Position numbers and translations under genes: made by a program. The notes beneath the pieces were generated by a model. The model was not told the origin of the DNA. It ran no database searches and saw only the letters and a program-made list of their open reading frames with translations. Of a stretch of DNA of 34,158 nt, positions 1 to 7,714 are shown piece by piece. Positions within the stretch are counted from its first letter, which is position 1. Every line of letters begins with the position of its first letter. Source of the stretch: Ilumatobacteraceae bacterium (lineage in GTDB: Bacteria > Actinomycetota > Acidimicrobiia > Acidimicrobiales > Ilumatobacteraceae); contig JANPOJ010000664.1 in assembly GCA_031427935.1 (NCBI GenBank), positions 1 through 34,158 of the forward strand, written 5' to 3'.

Positions 1-1
1 C

Positions 2-2173
2 TCGGCGCTGCGGCTGATGGACGACTACCCCGACTACCACTTCACCTGCTCGCAGGCCGCCCAGTACGAGTGGATCGAACAGCAACAGCCGGTGCTGTTC
101 CAGGGAATCCGCGACAAGATCGCTGCTGGGCAGTGGCACCCGGTCGGCGGCATGTGGGTCGAGCCCGACATGAACCTGCCGAGCGGCGAGAGCATCGTGC
201 GCCAACTGATCTTCGGGCAGCGGTACTTCGAGTCGAAGTTCGGGATGCGCAGCTCGGTGATCTGGATCCCCGACGTGTTCGGCTACCCCGCCACGCTTCC
301 CCAGATCTTTCGGCAGGGCGGGTGCACGCGCTTCGTGACCCAGAAGCTGAGCTGGAACAAGCAGAACGTGTTCCCGCACTCGACGTTCTGGTGGGAGGGC
401 CTCGACGGTTCGCGGGTGCTGACCCACTTCCCACCGGTCGACACGTACAACGCCGAGATCACCGCAGGCGAGGTCCGCTACGCGGAGGGCAACTTCAAAG
501 AACACGGCTGGAGCAATTGGTCGCTGATGCCGTTCGGTCACGGCAACGGCGGTGGCGGCCCGACGCGGGAGATGATGGAACGAGCGCGGCGGATGGCCGA
601 CCTCGACGGTGTCTCGCCGATCACCGTGGGTACGCCCGAGCAGTTCTTCGAGCACGTCGAGGCCGAGGTCGCCGCAGGAGCGCCGGTGCCGGTCTGGGCC
701 GGCGAGCTGTACTTCGAGATGCACCGCGGCACCCTGACTTCGCAGTCGGCGACGAAGGTGGGGAACCGCCGTTGCGAGCGGTTGTTGCGCGAGGCCGAGC
801 TGTGGTGGGTCGCTGCCGGCGGGGCGCCGGCCGAAGTGAGGTCGGAGGTCGAACGGTTGTGGAAGGACGTGCTGCTGCAACAGTTCCACGACATCATCCC
901 CGGCTCGTCGATCGCCTGGGTCGCCGATGATGCGGAGGCCACGCACGCGCGGGTCGCCGATCGTCTGGAGTCGATCATCGCCGACGCGTTCGCGCTCGTT
1001 GCACCGGCCGCGGCATGTGTTGCCAACGCGGCCACACATGCGCGGCGTGAGGTGATCATGGTCGACGGCGAGCCCACCATGGTCGAGGTGTCGGGCTCGG
1101 CAGTCGCGGCGCTGGCCACCAGCGCGACGAACGACCACCGCGTGGTAATGACCGAGCACTCGATGAGCAACGGGCTGATCTCGGTCAGCTGGAACCTCGA
1201 CGGCGAGATCATCTCGATCATCGATGTGGCCCACGCCCGGCAACTGCTGCCCGCAGGCGAGCGGATCACGCTCGAGCTGGCGCCGGATCACCCGGTCGAG
1301 TACGACGCGTGGGATGTCGAATCGTGGACCCGTTCACTGGGGAGTGCGATCACCTCGGGCCCGTCGATCGAGCTGACGACGAAGCACCCGCTGCTGGCCG
1401 AACTGGTCGTGCGCCGCGAGTTCGGCACGTCGTCGTTGACCCAGACGTACACGATGCGCGCCGGCTCCGCCCGGCTCGACATCGGATTCGACATCGACTG
1501 GCACGAGGACGAGAAGTTGCTGTCGTTGATGGTGCCCATCGACGTGCGCGCTCTCGAGGCCGCATGCGACATCCAGTTCGGGCATGTGAAGCGCCCAACC
1601 CACGCCAGCAGCTCGTGGGATGCCGCCAAGTTCGAAGTGTGTGCCCACCGCTTCGTCGACTTCAGCGAGCCTTCGTTCGGTGTCGCGGTGCTCAACGACG
1701 GTCGGTACGGGCACGGGGTGCAAGACGGTTGCGTACGCGTCTCGTTGCTCCGCGCCGCCAAGTACCCCGACCCCGACGCCGACCACGGTCGCCACGCGGT
1801 GACCATCAGCGTGCTACCGCACGGCCCCGGCCTGCACGATGTGCTGCACGAAGCCGAGGCGCTCAACATGCCGCTGCGGCTGGTCTCGGGTCGGGCAACC
1901 ACCATGCCGGCGCCGGTGGTCACCCTCGACCATCGCGGCGTGCAGATCAGCAGCGTGAAGCACGCCGACGACGGGTCGGGTCACCTCATCGTGCGGCTGC
2001 ACGAGGCGTGCGGCGATCGCACGACGGTGACCGTGCGCACGGCACGCCCGATTCGCGGTGCGCTGCGATGCAACCTGCTGGAGGAGCCGACCGACGGGAT
2101 CGAGTGCAGCGACGGCATCGTCTCGCTCACCCTGCACCCCTTCGAGCTCGCCACGATCCGCCTGCTGAACTAA
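2..2173 (+). CDS. GH38-family alpha-mannosidase (5' end cut by window edge)
   Basis: The frame is open from base 2. The translation carries GH38-like blocks (WHPVGGMWVEPDMNLPSGESIVRQ, QQFHDIIPGSSI). TAA stop at 2171-2173. Confidence 0.85.
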   Translation, partial: SALRLMDDYPDYHFTCSQAAQYEWIEQQQPVLFQGIRDKIAAGQWHPVGGMWVEPDMNLPSGESIVRQLIFGQRYFESKFGMRSSVIWIPDVFGYPATLPQIFRQGGCTRFVTQKLSWNKQNVFPHSTFWWEGLDGSRVLTHFPPVDTYNAEITAGEVRYAEGNFKEHGWSNWSLMPFGHGNGGGGPTREMMERARRMADLDGVSPITVGTPEQFFEHVEAEVAAGAPVPVWAGELYFEMHRGTLTSQSATKVGNRRCERLLREAELWWVAAGGAPAEVRSEVERLWKDVLLQQFHDIIPGSSIAWVADDAEATHARVADRLESIIADAFALVAPAAACVANAATHARREVIMVDGEPTMVEVSGSAVAALATSATNDHRVVMTEHSMSNGLISVSWNLDGEIISIIDVAHARQLLPAGERITLELAPDHPVEYDAWDVESWTRSLGSAITSGPSIELTTKHPLLAELVVRREFGTSSLTQTYTMRAGSARLDIGFDIDWHEDEKLLSLMVPIDVRALEAACDIQFGHVKRPTHASSSWDAAKFEVCAHRFVDFSEPSFGVAVLNDGRYGHGVQDGCVRVSLLRAAKYPDPDADHGRHAVTISVLPHGPGLHDVLHEAEALNMPLRLVSGRATTMPAPVVTLDHRGVQISSVKHADDGSGHLIVRLHEACGDRTTVTVRTARPIRGALRCNLLEEPTDGIECSDGIVSLTLHPFELATIRLLN

Positions 2174-3399
2174 GCCTTTCGGTCCGGGGAGATGAGGTGA
2201 TTGAGAGCCAGGGCGGCGTACATCGCCGTGCCGGTGACCATCGCTTCCTCGTCGAACACGACGCGGTTGGAGTGGTTCGACGGGGCAGTCGCCAGGTTGC
2301 GGTCGGCGTGGGTGCCACCGAGGAACACCATCGCCCCGGGGATCTGCTGCAGCACGTAGCTGAAGTCCTCGGCGCCCATGATCGGGTTGGGCATGCGCAG
2401 CGTCTTGTCGGCCCCGGCGAGTTCACCGGCCAATTCGAGCACGACATTGGCCTGCGACTTGTCGTTGACGGTCACCGGGTAGCCGTCGACGACCTCGACC
2501 GTCACCTCGGCGTCGTGCGCCGAGGCGATGCCCTCCGCAACACGACGGATGCCGTCGTGCACCAGGCGTCGTGTGGTCTCGCTGACGGCACGGATGGTGC
2601 CTTCGATCTCGGCGGTCTCGGGAATGATGTTGTTCACCGTGCCCGCCACGATCTTGCCGACCGTCACGACGGCGGGATCGAACACGTCGATGCGCCGGGT
2701 GATCATGGTCTGCAACGCCTGCACGATCTCGCAGGCGATCGGAATGGGGTCGAGTGCTCGATGTGGTTGGCTGGCGTGGCCGCCGCGACCCTTCACCGTG
2801 ATGAACAGCGTGTCGGCCGCAGCCAGGATCGGGCCACCGCGGCAGCCGAGCCAGCCGGTCGGCAGCGCCGAGGTGATGTGCAACGCGAAGGCGCCCGTGA
2901 TGGGCGATTCCGAACCGTCGGAGCGCTCGGGGAGGTCGAGCAGACCCTCCTCGAGCATGAACCTGGCACCGTGGTCGCCCTCCTCGCCGGGTTGGAACAT
3001 GAACAGCACCCGTCCGGCGATGTCGGCGCGCTGCCCACTCAGCAACTTGGCCGCGCCGACCAACATCGAAGTGTGGGTGTCGTGACCGCAGGCGTGCATG
3101 GCCCCATCGCGGCGCGACGTGAAATCGAGACCGGTCTCCTCGGTCAGGGGCAGGGCATCCATGTCGCCGCGCAGCAGCACGGTCGGGCCCGGCTTGCCGC
3201 CCTCGAGCAGCGCGGCGATGCCGCTGGTGGTCTCGTGCAGTGTCACGTTCAACGGCAGGCCATCCAACGCTTCGAGCACCTTCTCGCGGGTGATCGGCAG
3301 GTCGTTGCCGATCTCCGGCCACTCGTGCATCGCGCGTCGCAACCCAACCACGTCGGACAGCAGATCGTGGGCTCCGTCGCGCAGTGTGTCGAGTTCCAT
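2170..3399 (-). CDS. M20-family amidohydrolase / N-acyl-amino-acid amidohydrolase-like peptidase
   Basis: 409-aa ORF starting at ATG 3399. M20D-like blocks are present (LLRGDMDALP, HACGHDTH, FQPGEE). Its stop overlaps the mannosidase stop by 4 nt. Confidence 0.9.
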   Translation of the reverse strand: MELDTLRDGAHDLLSDVVGLRRAMHEWPEIGNDLPITREKVLEALDGLPLNVTLHETTSGIAALLEGGKPGPTVLLRGDMDALPLTEETGLDFTSRRDGAMHACGHDTHTSMLVGAAKLLSGQRADIAGRVLFMFQPGEEGDHGARFMLEEGLLDLPERSDGSESPITGAFALHITSALPTGWLGCRGGPILAAADTLFITVKGRGGHASQPHRALDPIPIACEIVQALQTMITRRIDVFDPAVVTVGKIVAGTVNNIIPETAEIEGTIRAVSETTRRLVHDGIRRVAEGIASAHDAEVTVEVVDGYPVTVNDKSQANVVLELAGELAGADKTLRMPNPIMGAEDFSYVLQQIPGAMVFLGGTHADRNLATAPSNHSNRVVFDEEAMVTGTAMYAALALNHLISPDRKA

Positions 3400-3422
3400 G
3401 GGCGAATGGTAGACCTGCGCGG

Positions 3423-3917
3423 ATGACCGAGGAACTGGTCGACATCGTCGATGACGACGACAACGTGATCGCCACCGTGACCCGCGCCGAGATGCGCGCT
3501 CGGCGGTTGCAGCACCGCTCGGTCGGCATCGCGATCATCTCCACCGACGGCCGCCTGTTGATCCACCGACGCAGCGATCACAAGGACATCTGGCCAGGTT
3601 GGTGGGACATCGCCGCAGGTGGTGTCGTTGCGGCCGGCGAGGCCTACGACGATGCCGCCCGCCGCGAGCTCGCCGAGGAACTGGGTGTTACCGACGTCCG
3701 GCTCGACTACCTCGGTGGAGCTCACTACGTCGACGAGTCGTTGGCGGCGATCTGCCGCGGCTACCGGGCTGTCCACGACGGGCCGTTCACGTTTGCCGAC
3801 GGCGAGGTGGCCGAGGCGCGATGGGTGACGTTCGACGAGCTCGACACGATGCGCGCGACGCATCGCTTCCTCCCCGACAGCATCGCCTTGCTGCTGCCGC
3901 TGATCGCGCCGCACTGA
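3423..3917 (+). CDS. NUDIX hydrolase
   Basis: Complete Nudix box GX5EX7REUXEEXGU (GVVAAGEAYDDAARRELAEELGV). I chose ATG 3423 (MTEELVDIVD) rather than the GTG 3384 extension, which would overlap the divergent M20 gene. Confidence 0.85.
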   Translation: MTEELVDIVDDDDNVIATVTRAEMRARRLQHRSVGIAIISTDGRLLIHRRSDHKDIWPGWWDIAAGGVVAAGEAYDDAARRELAEELGVTDVRLDYLGGAHYVDESLAAICRGYRAVHDGPFTFADGEVAEARWVTFDELDTMRATHRFLPDSIALLLPLIAPH

Positions 3918-3986
3918 CGTTTCCGCTTCCGGCAACTCGGCGTACCTCTTTGTCGTGAGCAACCTGCTCCTTAGGAGGACACGATC

Positions 3987-4256
3987 ATGAGCATGTACGG
4001 GGCCAACCCAGAGCAGTTGAACGGTCTCGGCCGGTCGATGAAACAGCAGAAGGCGGCAATCGACGGAGTGATCAGCGCGGTCAGTTCGGCCCTGGCCGGC
4101 ACGGTGTGGGAAGGCCCGGCCCGCCAACAGTTCGAGAGCGAGTGGAACACGACCTTCCGCGGGGCGTTGAACCGGCTCACCGAGGCGTTCGAGGTGGCGG
4201 GCACCGACTGCATCAATCGCAGCTCGGAACTCCTGAGGGTGATGGGCGCCCGCTGA
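3987..4256 (+). CDS. WXG100 (ESAT-6-like) family protein
   Basis: 89 aa with a helix-turn-helix-length layout and a central W-x-G (VWEGPA). AGGAGGA SD at 3971-3977. A terminator hairpin lies directly downstream. Confidence 0.8.
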   Translation: MSMYGANPEQLNGLGRSMKQQKAAIDGVISAVSSALAGTVWEGPARQQFESEWNTTFRGALNRLTEAFEVAGTDCINRSSELLRVMGAR

Positions 4257-4269
4257 CGATCACAGCGCC

Positions 4270-4304
4270 GCCGGCCCGGCCTCCCTACCTGTCCCCGGGC
4301 CGGC
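4270..4304 (+). terminator. GC-rich hairpin downstream of the WXG100 gene (10-bp perfect stem)
   Basis: gccggcccgg (4270-4279) pairs with ccgggccggc (4295-4304) around a 15-nt loop, and is followed by a T-containing stretch (gtcgctgcttcgttcg). Confidence 0.55.
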
Positions 4305-4335
4305 GTCGCTGCTTCGTTCGCTACAGTTCACACGC

Positions 4336-4578
4336 GTGCTGCTGCTGGAGTTCACCATCGAACCGTTCGTCGAGGGCCAACCCGGCCCCCACGTGATATC
4401 TGCGATCGAAGCGGCCCAGGCGCTGGGCTTCGAGATCGACTTCGGTCCATTCGGTTCGAGTTGCAGCGTGCCCGCGACGCAGGCCGGTCAGGTGGCCAAG
4501 GCCGTGCTCGACGCAGCGTTCGCCAACGGCGCCACCCACGTCAGCCTGCACACCGAACGCCTGCCGGAGACTTCGTGA
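4336..4578 (+). CDS. MTH1187/YkoF-like (DUF77) small thiamine-binding-fold protein
   Basis: 80 aa with a GTG start. The N-terminus LLLEFTIEPFVEG...HV..AIE is typical of the DUF77 family. Its stop overlaps the next start (GTGA). Confidence 0.7.
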   Translation: MLLLEFTIEPFVEGQPGPHVISAIEAAQALGFEIDFGPFGSSCSVPATQAGQVAKAVLDAAFANGATHVSLHTERLPETS

Positions 4579-4940
4579 GTGGCCTGCCGCGCCATCCGTT
4601 CGTGTTGGCGGTGAAACCTGTGGTCGAGGCCCTCGGCGCCACGCTGGTTCCCGCCGACGAGCGCGAGCCCGGCGACATGCCCCTTCGCTGGGAGGGTTCG
4701 ATCATCGCCGCCGTTCGCATGGCTCCGCTGCACGGCGCCCTCGACCGCCTGATCGACGCGGTGGAGCGCGAGTTCGGCGCTCCGTTGCCGTCACTGGCAC
4801 GCGAAGACAAGCAGCGGGCCATCCGCCTGCTCGACGAGCGCGGTGCGTTCACCTTGCGACGCGCTGTGGAAGACGTCGCCGATGCGATGGGCGTCAGCCG
4901 CATCACCGTCTACAACTACCTCAACGCCCTGCACCGATGA
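4575..4940 (+). CDS. helix-turn-helix DNA-binding protein (PucR/YheO-C-like HTH)
   Basis: GTG 4575 overlaps the upstream TGA. C-terminal HTH: VEDVADAMGVSRITVYNYLNAL. The 4461 extension in the ORF track is Arg-rich and implausible. Confidence 0.7.
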   Translation: MSGLPRHPFVLAVKPVVEALGATLVPADEREPGDMPLRWEGSIIAAVRMAPLHGALDRLIDAVEREFGAPLPSLAREDKQRAIRLLDERGAFTLRRAVEDVADAMGVSRITVYNYLNALHR

Positions 4941-5479
4941 CCACAGGGATCCTCGTGGTCGACTACGACCCCCACTGGCCATGGTCCTTTGCGATCATCC
5001 ACCACACGTTGCAGGCAGCACTCGTCGACGTGCCCGTGGTCGCCATCGAGCACGTCGGTTCGACGTCGGTCCCGGGCCTCGCCGCCAAGCCGATCATCGA
5101 CATCGATGTGATCGTCGACCGCTCGGCCGTTGATGCCGCAGCCGACGCGTTGGTCGCTGAGGGGTACACGCCACTCGGCGACATGGGTGTACCCGATCGG
5201 TACGCGTTCAAGGCGCCGGACGGGAGTCTCCGCCAGAACACGTACGTCACGGTCGACGGTTGCCTCTCGTTGCGCAACCATCTCGGTCTGCGCGAGGTCC
5301 TGCGCAACGACGCGGCTCTGCGCGACGAGTACTCGGCCACGAAGAAGCGCCTGGCCGAGGGAACCGACGACATCGATGTCTACCTCGATGGCAAGACGGA
5401 GGTTGTGCGGCGAATCCTGCTGCGTGCGGGGCTGTCGACAGGCGAGCTCGACGAGATCGAAGGCCTCAACCGGCTATGA
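4937..5479 (+). CDS. GrpB-family (UPF0157) protein
   Basis: 180 aa with GrpB-like blocks (IEHVGSTSVPGLAAKPIIDIDV, YLDGKTEVV). ATGA overlap with the upstream gene. Confidence 0.85.
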   Translation: MTTGILVVDYDPHWPWSFAIIHHTLQAALVDVPVVAIEHVGSTSVPGLAAKPIIDIDVIVDRSAVDAAADALVAEGYTPLGDMGVPDRYAFKAPDGSLRQNTYVTVDGCLSLRNHLGLREVLRNDAALRDEYSATKKRLAEGTDDIDVYLDGKTEVVRRILLRAGLSTGELDEIEGLNRL

Positions 5480-6165
5480 GCGCCTTCGACGTGGTCGGCT
5501 TCGACGCCGACGACACCTTGTGGCACAGCGAGGACGGGTTCCGCGCCAACGAGGAGCGATTCGTCGAACTGATCGCGCCGTTCGCCCCGGAGGGCATCGA
5601 CGTGAAGGCCGCGCTCACCGCGACCGAGCGCAAGAACCTGGCCGCGTTCGGGTACGGCGTGAAGTCGTTCGGCTTGTCGATGGTCGAGGCCGCGGTCACG
5701 ATCAGCGGCGGGCGGGTTCCGTCGCCTGTCGTCGCCGAGATGATCGAGATGGTTCGGGGCCAGTTGGAGGAGCCGGTGCGATTGCTCGACCACATCCCCG
5801 AGGTGCTGGCCGAGGTCGGTGCCGCTCGTCGGCTGATCCTGATCACCAAGGGCGACCTCATCCACCAGACCCACAAGGTCACCACCAGCGGGTTGGCCCA
5901 CCACTTCGAACACGTCGAGATCGTGCTCGAGAAGGACCCCGAGACCTACGCCACCGTATTGACCAAACTCCGCATCGACCCGACACGATTCTGCATGGTC
6001 GGCAACAGCGTGCGCAGCGACATCCTCCCCGTCCTGGCCCTCGGCGGGCACGGCGTGCACGTGCCCTACCCCATCTTGTGGGACCTCGAGCAGGTCGACC
6101 ACGACCAGCACTTCGTGGAATTGGCCTCGCTCGCCGACCTCCCCGCCTGGCTCGCCGACCGCTGA
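5476..6165 (+). CDS. HAD-superfamily hydrolase
   Basis: ATG 5476 overlaps the GrpB stop (ATGA). HAD motif I FDADDTLW is present, and the late motif is MVGNSVRSD. Confidence 0.85.
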   Translation: MSAFDVVGFDADDTLWHSEDGFRANEERFVELIAPFAPEGIDVKAALTATERKNLAAFGYGVKSFGLSMVEAAVTISGGRVPSPVVAEMIEMVRGQLEEPVRLLDHIPEVLAEVGAARRLILITKGDLIHQTHKVTTSGLAHHFEHVEIVLEKDPETYATVLTKLRIDPTRFCMVGNSVRSDILPVLALGGHGVHVPYPILWDLEQVDHDQHFVELASLADLPAWLADR

Positions 6166-6196
6166 ATCTGGCAGCACGACGAGATTCAGGGAAAGC

Positions 6197-6219
6197 AGCA
6201 CCTACATCTCGTAGGTGCT
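6197..6219 (+). terminator. hairpin after the HAD operon (9-bp stem, 5-nt loop)
   Basis: agcacctac / gtaggtgct pair around the loop atctc, about 30 nt after the HAD stop. A weaker hairpin gaatct...agattc lies at 6164-6187. Confidence 0.45.
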
Positions 6220-6330
6220 ACACGCCGCAGCGACGGGTTGACAGGTGTCGGCACCTTGCGGACCCGATCCATTCTCACTGGGTGATATGCGCCAGCAGCG
6301 CACCGGGCGAGCGCTCGGCGACGAACTGGA

Positions 6331-6364
6331 CAGCCCCAGAACCCTACGTATCGTTCTGGGGCTG
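6331..6364 (-). terminator. perfect 12-bp stem hairpin immediately 3' of the RHH-like ORF
   Basis: cagccccagaac (6331-6342) pairs with gttctggggctg (6353-6364) around a 10-nt loop. It starts 7 nt beyond the minus-strand stop at 6371-6373. Confidence 0.5.
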
Positions 6365-6370
6365 CCCAGT

Positions 6371-6691
6371 TCAGCGACTGATGCTCATTGACGCCAGAAT
6401 TGCCCATCTCGCGCACTCCCCGGGGAGTGTGCGATTGTGAATTCGGGAGCGCCGGATCTGCCGTACTGCGTGCGGGTGTGCCGATCTCTTCTGCGCCGGT
6501 GACGAGGCGCGAAGGCAAAGGCGTGGGTGGTCGGGCGTCGCGGTGGCGCTTCTCGTGATCGCCGTTCCAATCGCAGACTTCGCGTACTTCGCGATAGTTG
6601 GTGACTCGGCTTGTTCGCGAGGCGACTCGGCTTCGGCGCGTTCGCGGAGTGCTGCTTGCTCGCTGTCGGTGAGGCGGAGCGTCATGGCCAT
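6371..6691 (-). CDS. hypothetical protein with an N-terminal ribbon-helix-helix (CopG/antitoxin-like) signature; possibly decaying
   Basis: The N-terminus MAMTLRLTDSEQAALRERAEAE matches the RHH strand-helix pattern. The rest is low-complexity (R/S/P/H-rich). By my codon count, third-position GC is clearly lower than in neighbouring genes. A hairpin follows the stop. Confidence 0.35.
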   Translation of the reverse strand: MAMTLRLTDSEQAALRERAEAESPREQAESPTIAKYAKSAIGTAITRSATATPDHPRLCLRASSPAQKRSAHPHAVRQIRRSRIHNRTLPGECARWAILASMSISR

Positions 6692-6751
6692 GACAGCATG
6701 ATGTCAGTTCGATACCGCCACTTCTGCCGCTCTCGCGCTACTCCACACGAG

Positions 6752-7690
6752 CTAGAGCCGCCGGAGGGAGACTTCCGTGACGCGGTGGTCGGGGCCCTTG
6801 CGCAAGAGGAGGGCGGCGCGCGACTTGGTGGGGGCGATGTTCTCGCGCAGGTTCTTGCCGTTGATCTCGTGCCAGATGAACCGGGCGGTGTCGACGGCCT
6901 CGTCGTGCGACAGGTCGGCGTAGTGGCGGAAGAAGCTGTTGGGGTCTTGGAACACGGTGTCGCGGAGCTTCATGAACCGCTGCACGTACCACTCCTCGAT
7001 GTGCGCCTCGGCGGCGTCGATGTAGATGCTGAAGTCGAAGTAGTCGCTGACGAACTCCGTTGCCGCATCGCTCGGCCGGCCGACCTGCAACACGTTGAGC
7101 CCCTCGATGATGGCGATGTCGGGTTGGCTGACATCGACCGTCTCACCCTCGACGATGTCGTACACCACCACGTGGCTGTAGACCGGGGCGTGAGCCGTGG
7201 CCTCGCCGCTCTTCAACTCCCGGAGGAACTGCAGCAGGCGCCGCGTGTCGTAGCTCTCGGGGAACCCCTTGCGGTTCATGATGCCGCGCTCGTCGAGGAT
7301 CTTGTTCGGGTAGAGGAAGCCGTCGGTGGTCACCAGGTCGACCTTGGGGTGGTCCGGCCAGCGAGCAAGGAGTGCTTGCAGGATGCGGGCGAACGTGCTC
7401 TTGCCCACTGCCACGCTGCCCGCCACACCGATGATGTACGGCACCTTCGGTGACGACGTGCCAAGGAAGTCGCCCGACACCTTGTGCAGCTTCTGCGTCG
7501 CCGAGACGTACAGGTTCAACAACCGCGTCAGTGGAAGGTAGATGGTCGCCACCTCGTCGAGCTCGATGCTCTCGTTGATGCCGCGCAACGAGTCGAGGTC
7601 GGCGGCGTTCAACGTCAACGGGGTCGCAGCGCGCAGATCCGCCCATTCGTCGCGCCCGAAGGTGAGATAGCGGCCTGCCGCGTCGGTCAC
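6752..7690 (-). CDS. coaA: type I pantothenate kinase
   Basis: 312 aa, collinear with E. coli CoaA as I recall it. Shared blocks include [42 protein letters not shown] and APVYSH. GTG start. Confidence 0.95.
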   Translation of the reverse strand: MTDAAGRYLTFGRDEWADLRAATPLTLNAADLDSLRGINESIELDEVATIYLPLTRLLNLYVSATQKLHKVSGDFLGTSSPKVPYIIGVAGSVAVGKSTFARILQALLARWPDHPKVDLVTTDGFLYPNKILDERGIMNRKGFPESYDTRRLLQFLRELKSGEATAHAPVYSHVVVYDIVEGETVDVSQPDIAIIEGLNVLQVGRPSDAATEFVSDYFDFSIYIDAAEAHIEEWYVQRFMKLRDTVFQDPNSFFRHYADLSHDEAVDTARFIWHEINGKNLRENIAPTKSRAALLLRKGPDHRVTEVSLRRL

Positions 7691-7698
7691 GGGTTGGG

Positions 7699-7708
7699 AC
7701 CCTACGCT
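7699..7708. promoter_or_regulatory. overlapping back-to-back -10-like hexamers in the 24-bp coaA/methyltransferase divergent gap
   Basis: TACGCT (7703-7708) ends 6 nt before ATG 7715. On the other strand, TAGGGT (complement of 7699-7704) ends 8 nt before GTG 7690. Both fit TANNNT, and no SD is present on either side. Confidence 0.35.
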
Positions 7709-7714
7709 CGGGCT

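Noticed and set aside
1309-3426. 705-aa plus-strand ORF spanning the mannosidase 3' half and the whole M20 gene. Similar very long alternative-frame or antisense ORFs occur at 28911-31346, 19540-21156, 8656-9816, 25997-27244, 5130-6440, 11468-12679 and 7724-8800, among others.
   Set aside because: Their translations are Arg/Gly/Pro/Ala/His-rich with no recognisable motifs. They fully overlap ORFs with clear family signatures. Long open shadow frames are expected in stop-codon-poor high-GC DNA.
3987-4256. A type VII secretion locus.
   Set aside because: Only the single WXG100 gene is present. None of the membrane or ATPase components is encoded in the window.
4257-4335. A possible TPP riboswitch upstream of the YkoF/DUF77-like thiamine-binding-fold gene.
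   Set aside because: Only 79 nt are available. They are dominated by a simple 10-bp terminator-like hairpin, and I do not see the conserved CUGAGA or ACCUGAUCUGGAUAAUGCCAGCG-like core elements.
6186-6518. A 110-aa minus-strand ORF downstream of the RHH-like region, considered as a candidate toxin partner.
   Set aside because: It is out of register with the RHH ORF and overlaps it. Its composition is non-protein-like (R/P/A/C runs), and I recognise no PIN, RelE, Doc, Fic or MazF-type motif.
6166-6751. A tRNA, tmRNA or other classical RNA gene, or an attachment site, in the long gap.
   Set aside because: I could find no cloverleaf, meaning no GTTCGAAT-type T-loop with a matching acceptor stem, and no flanking integrase. 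Only simple hairpins are evident. Infernal or tRNAscan would be needed to exclude this formally.
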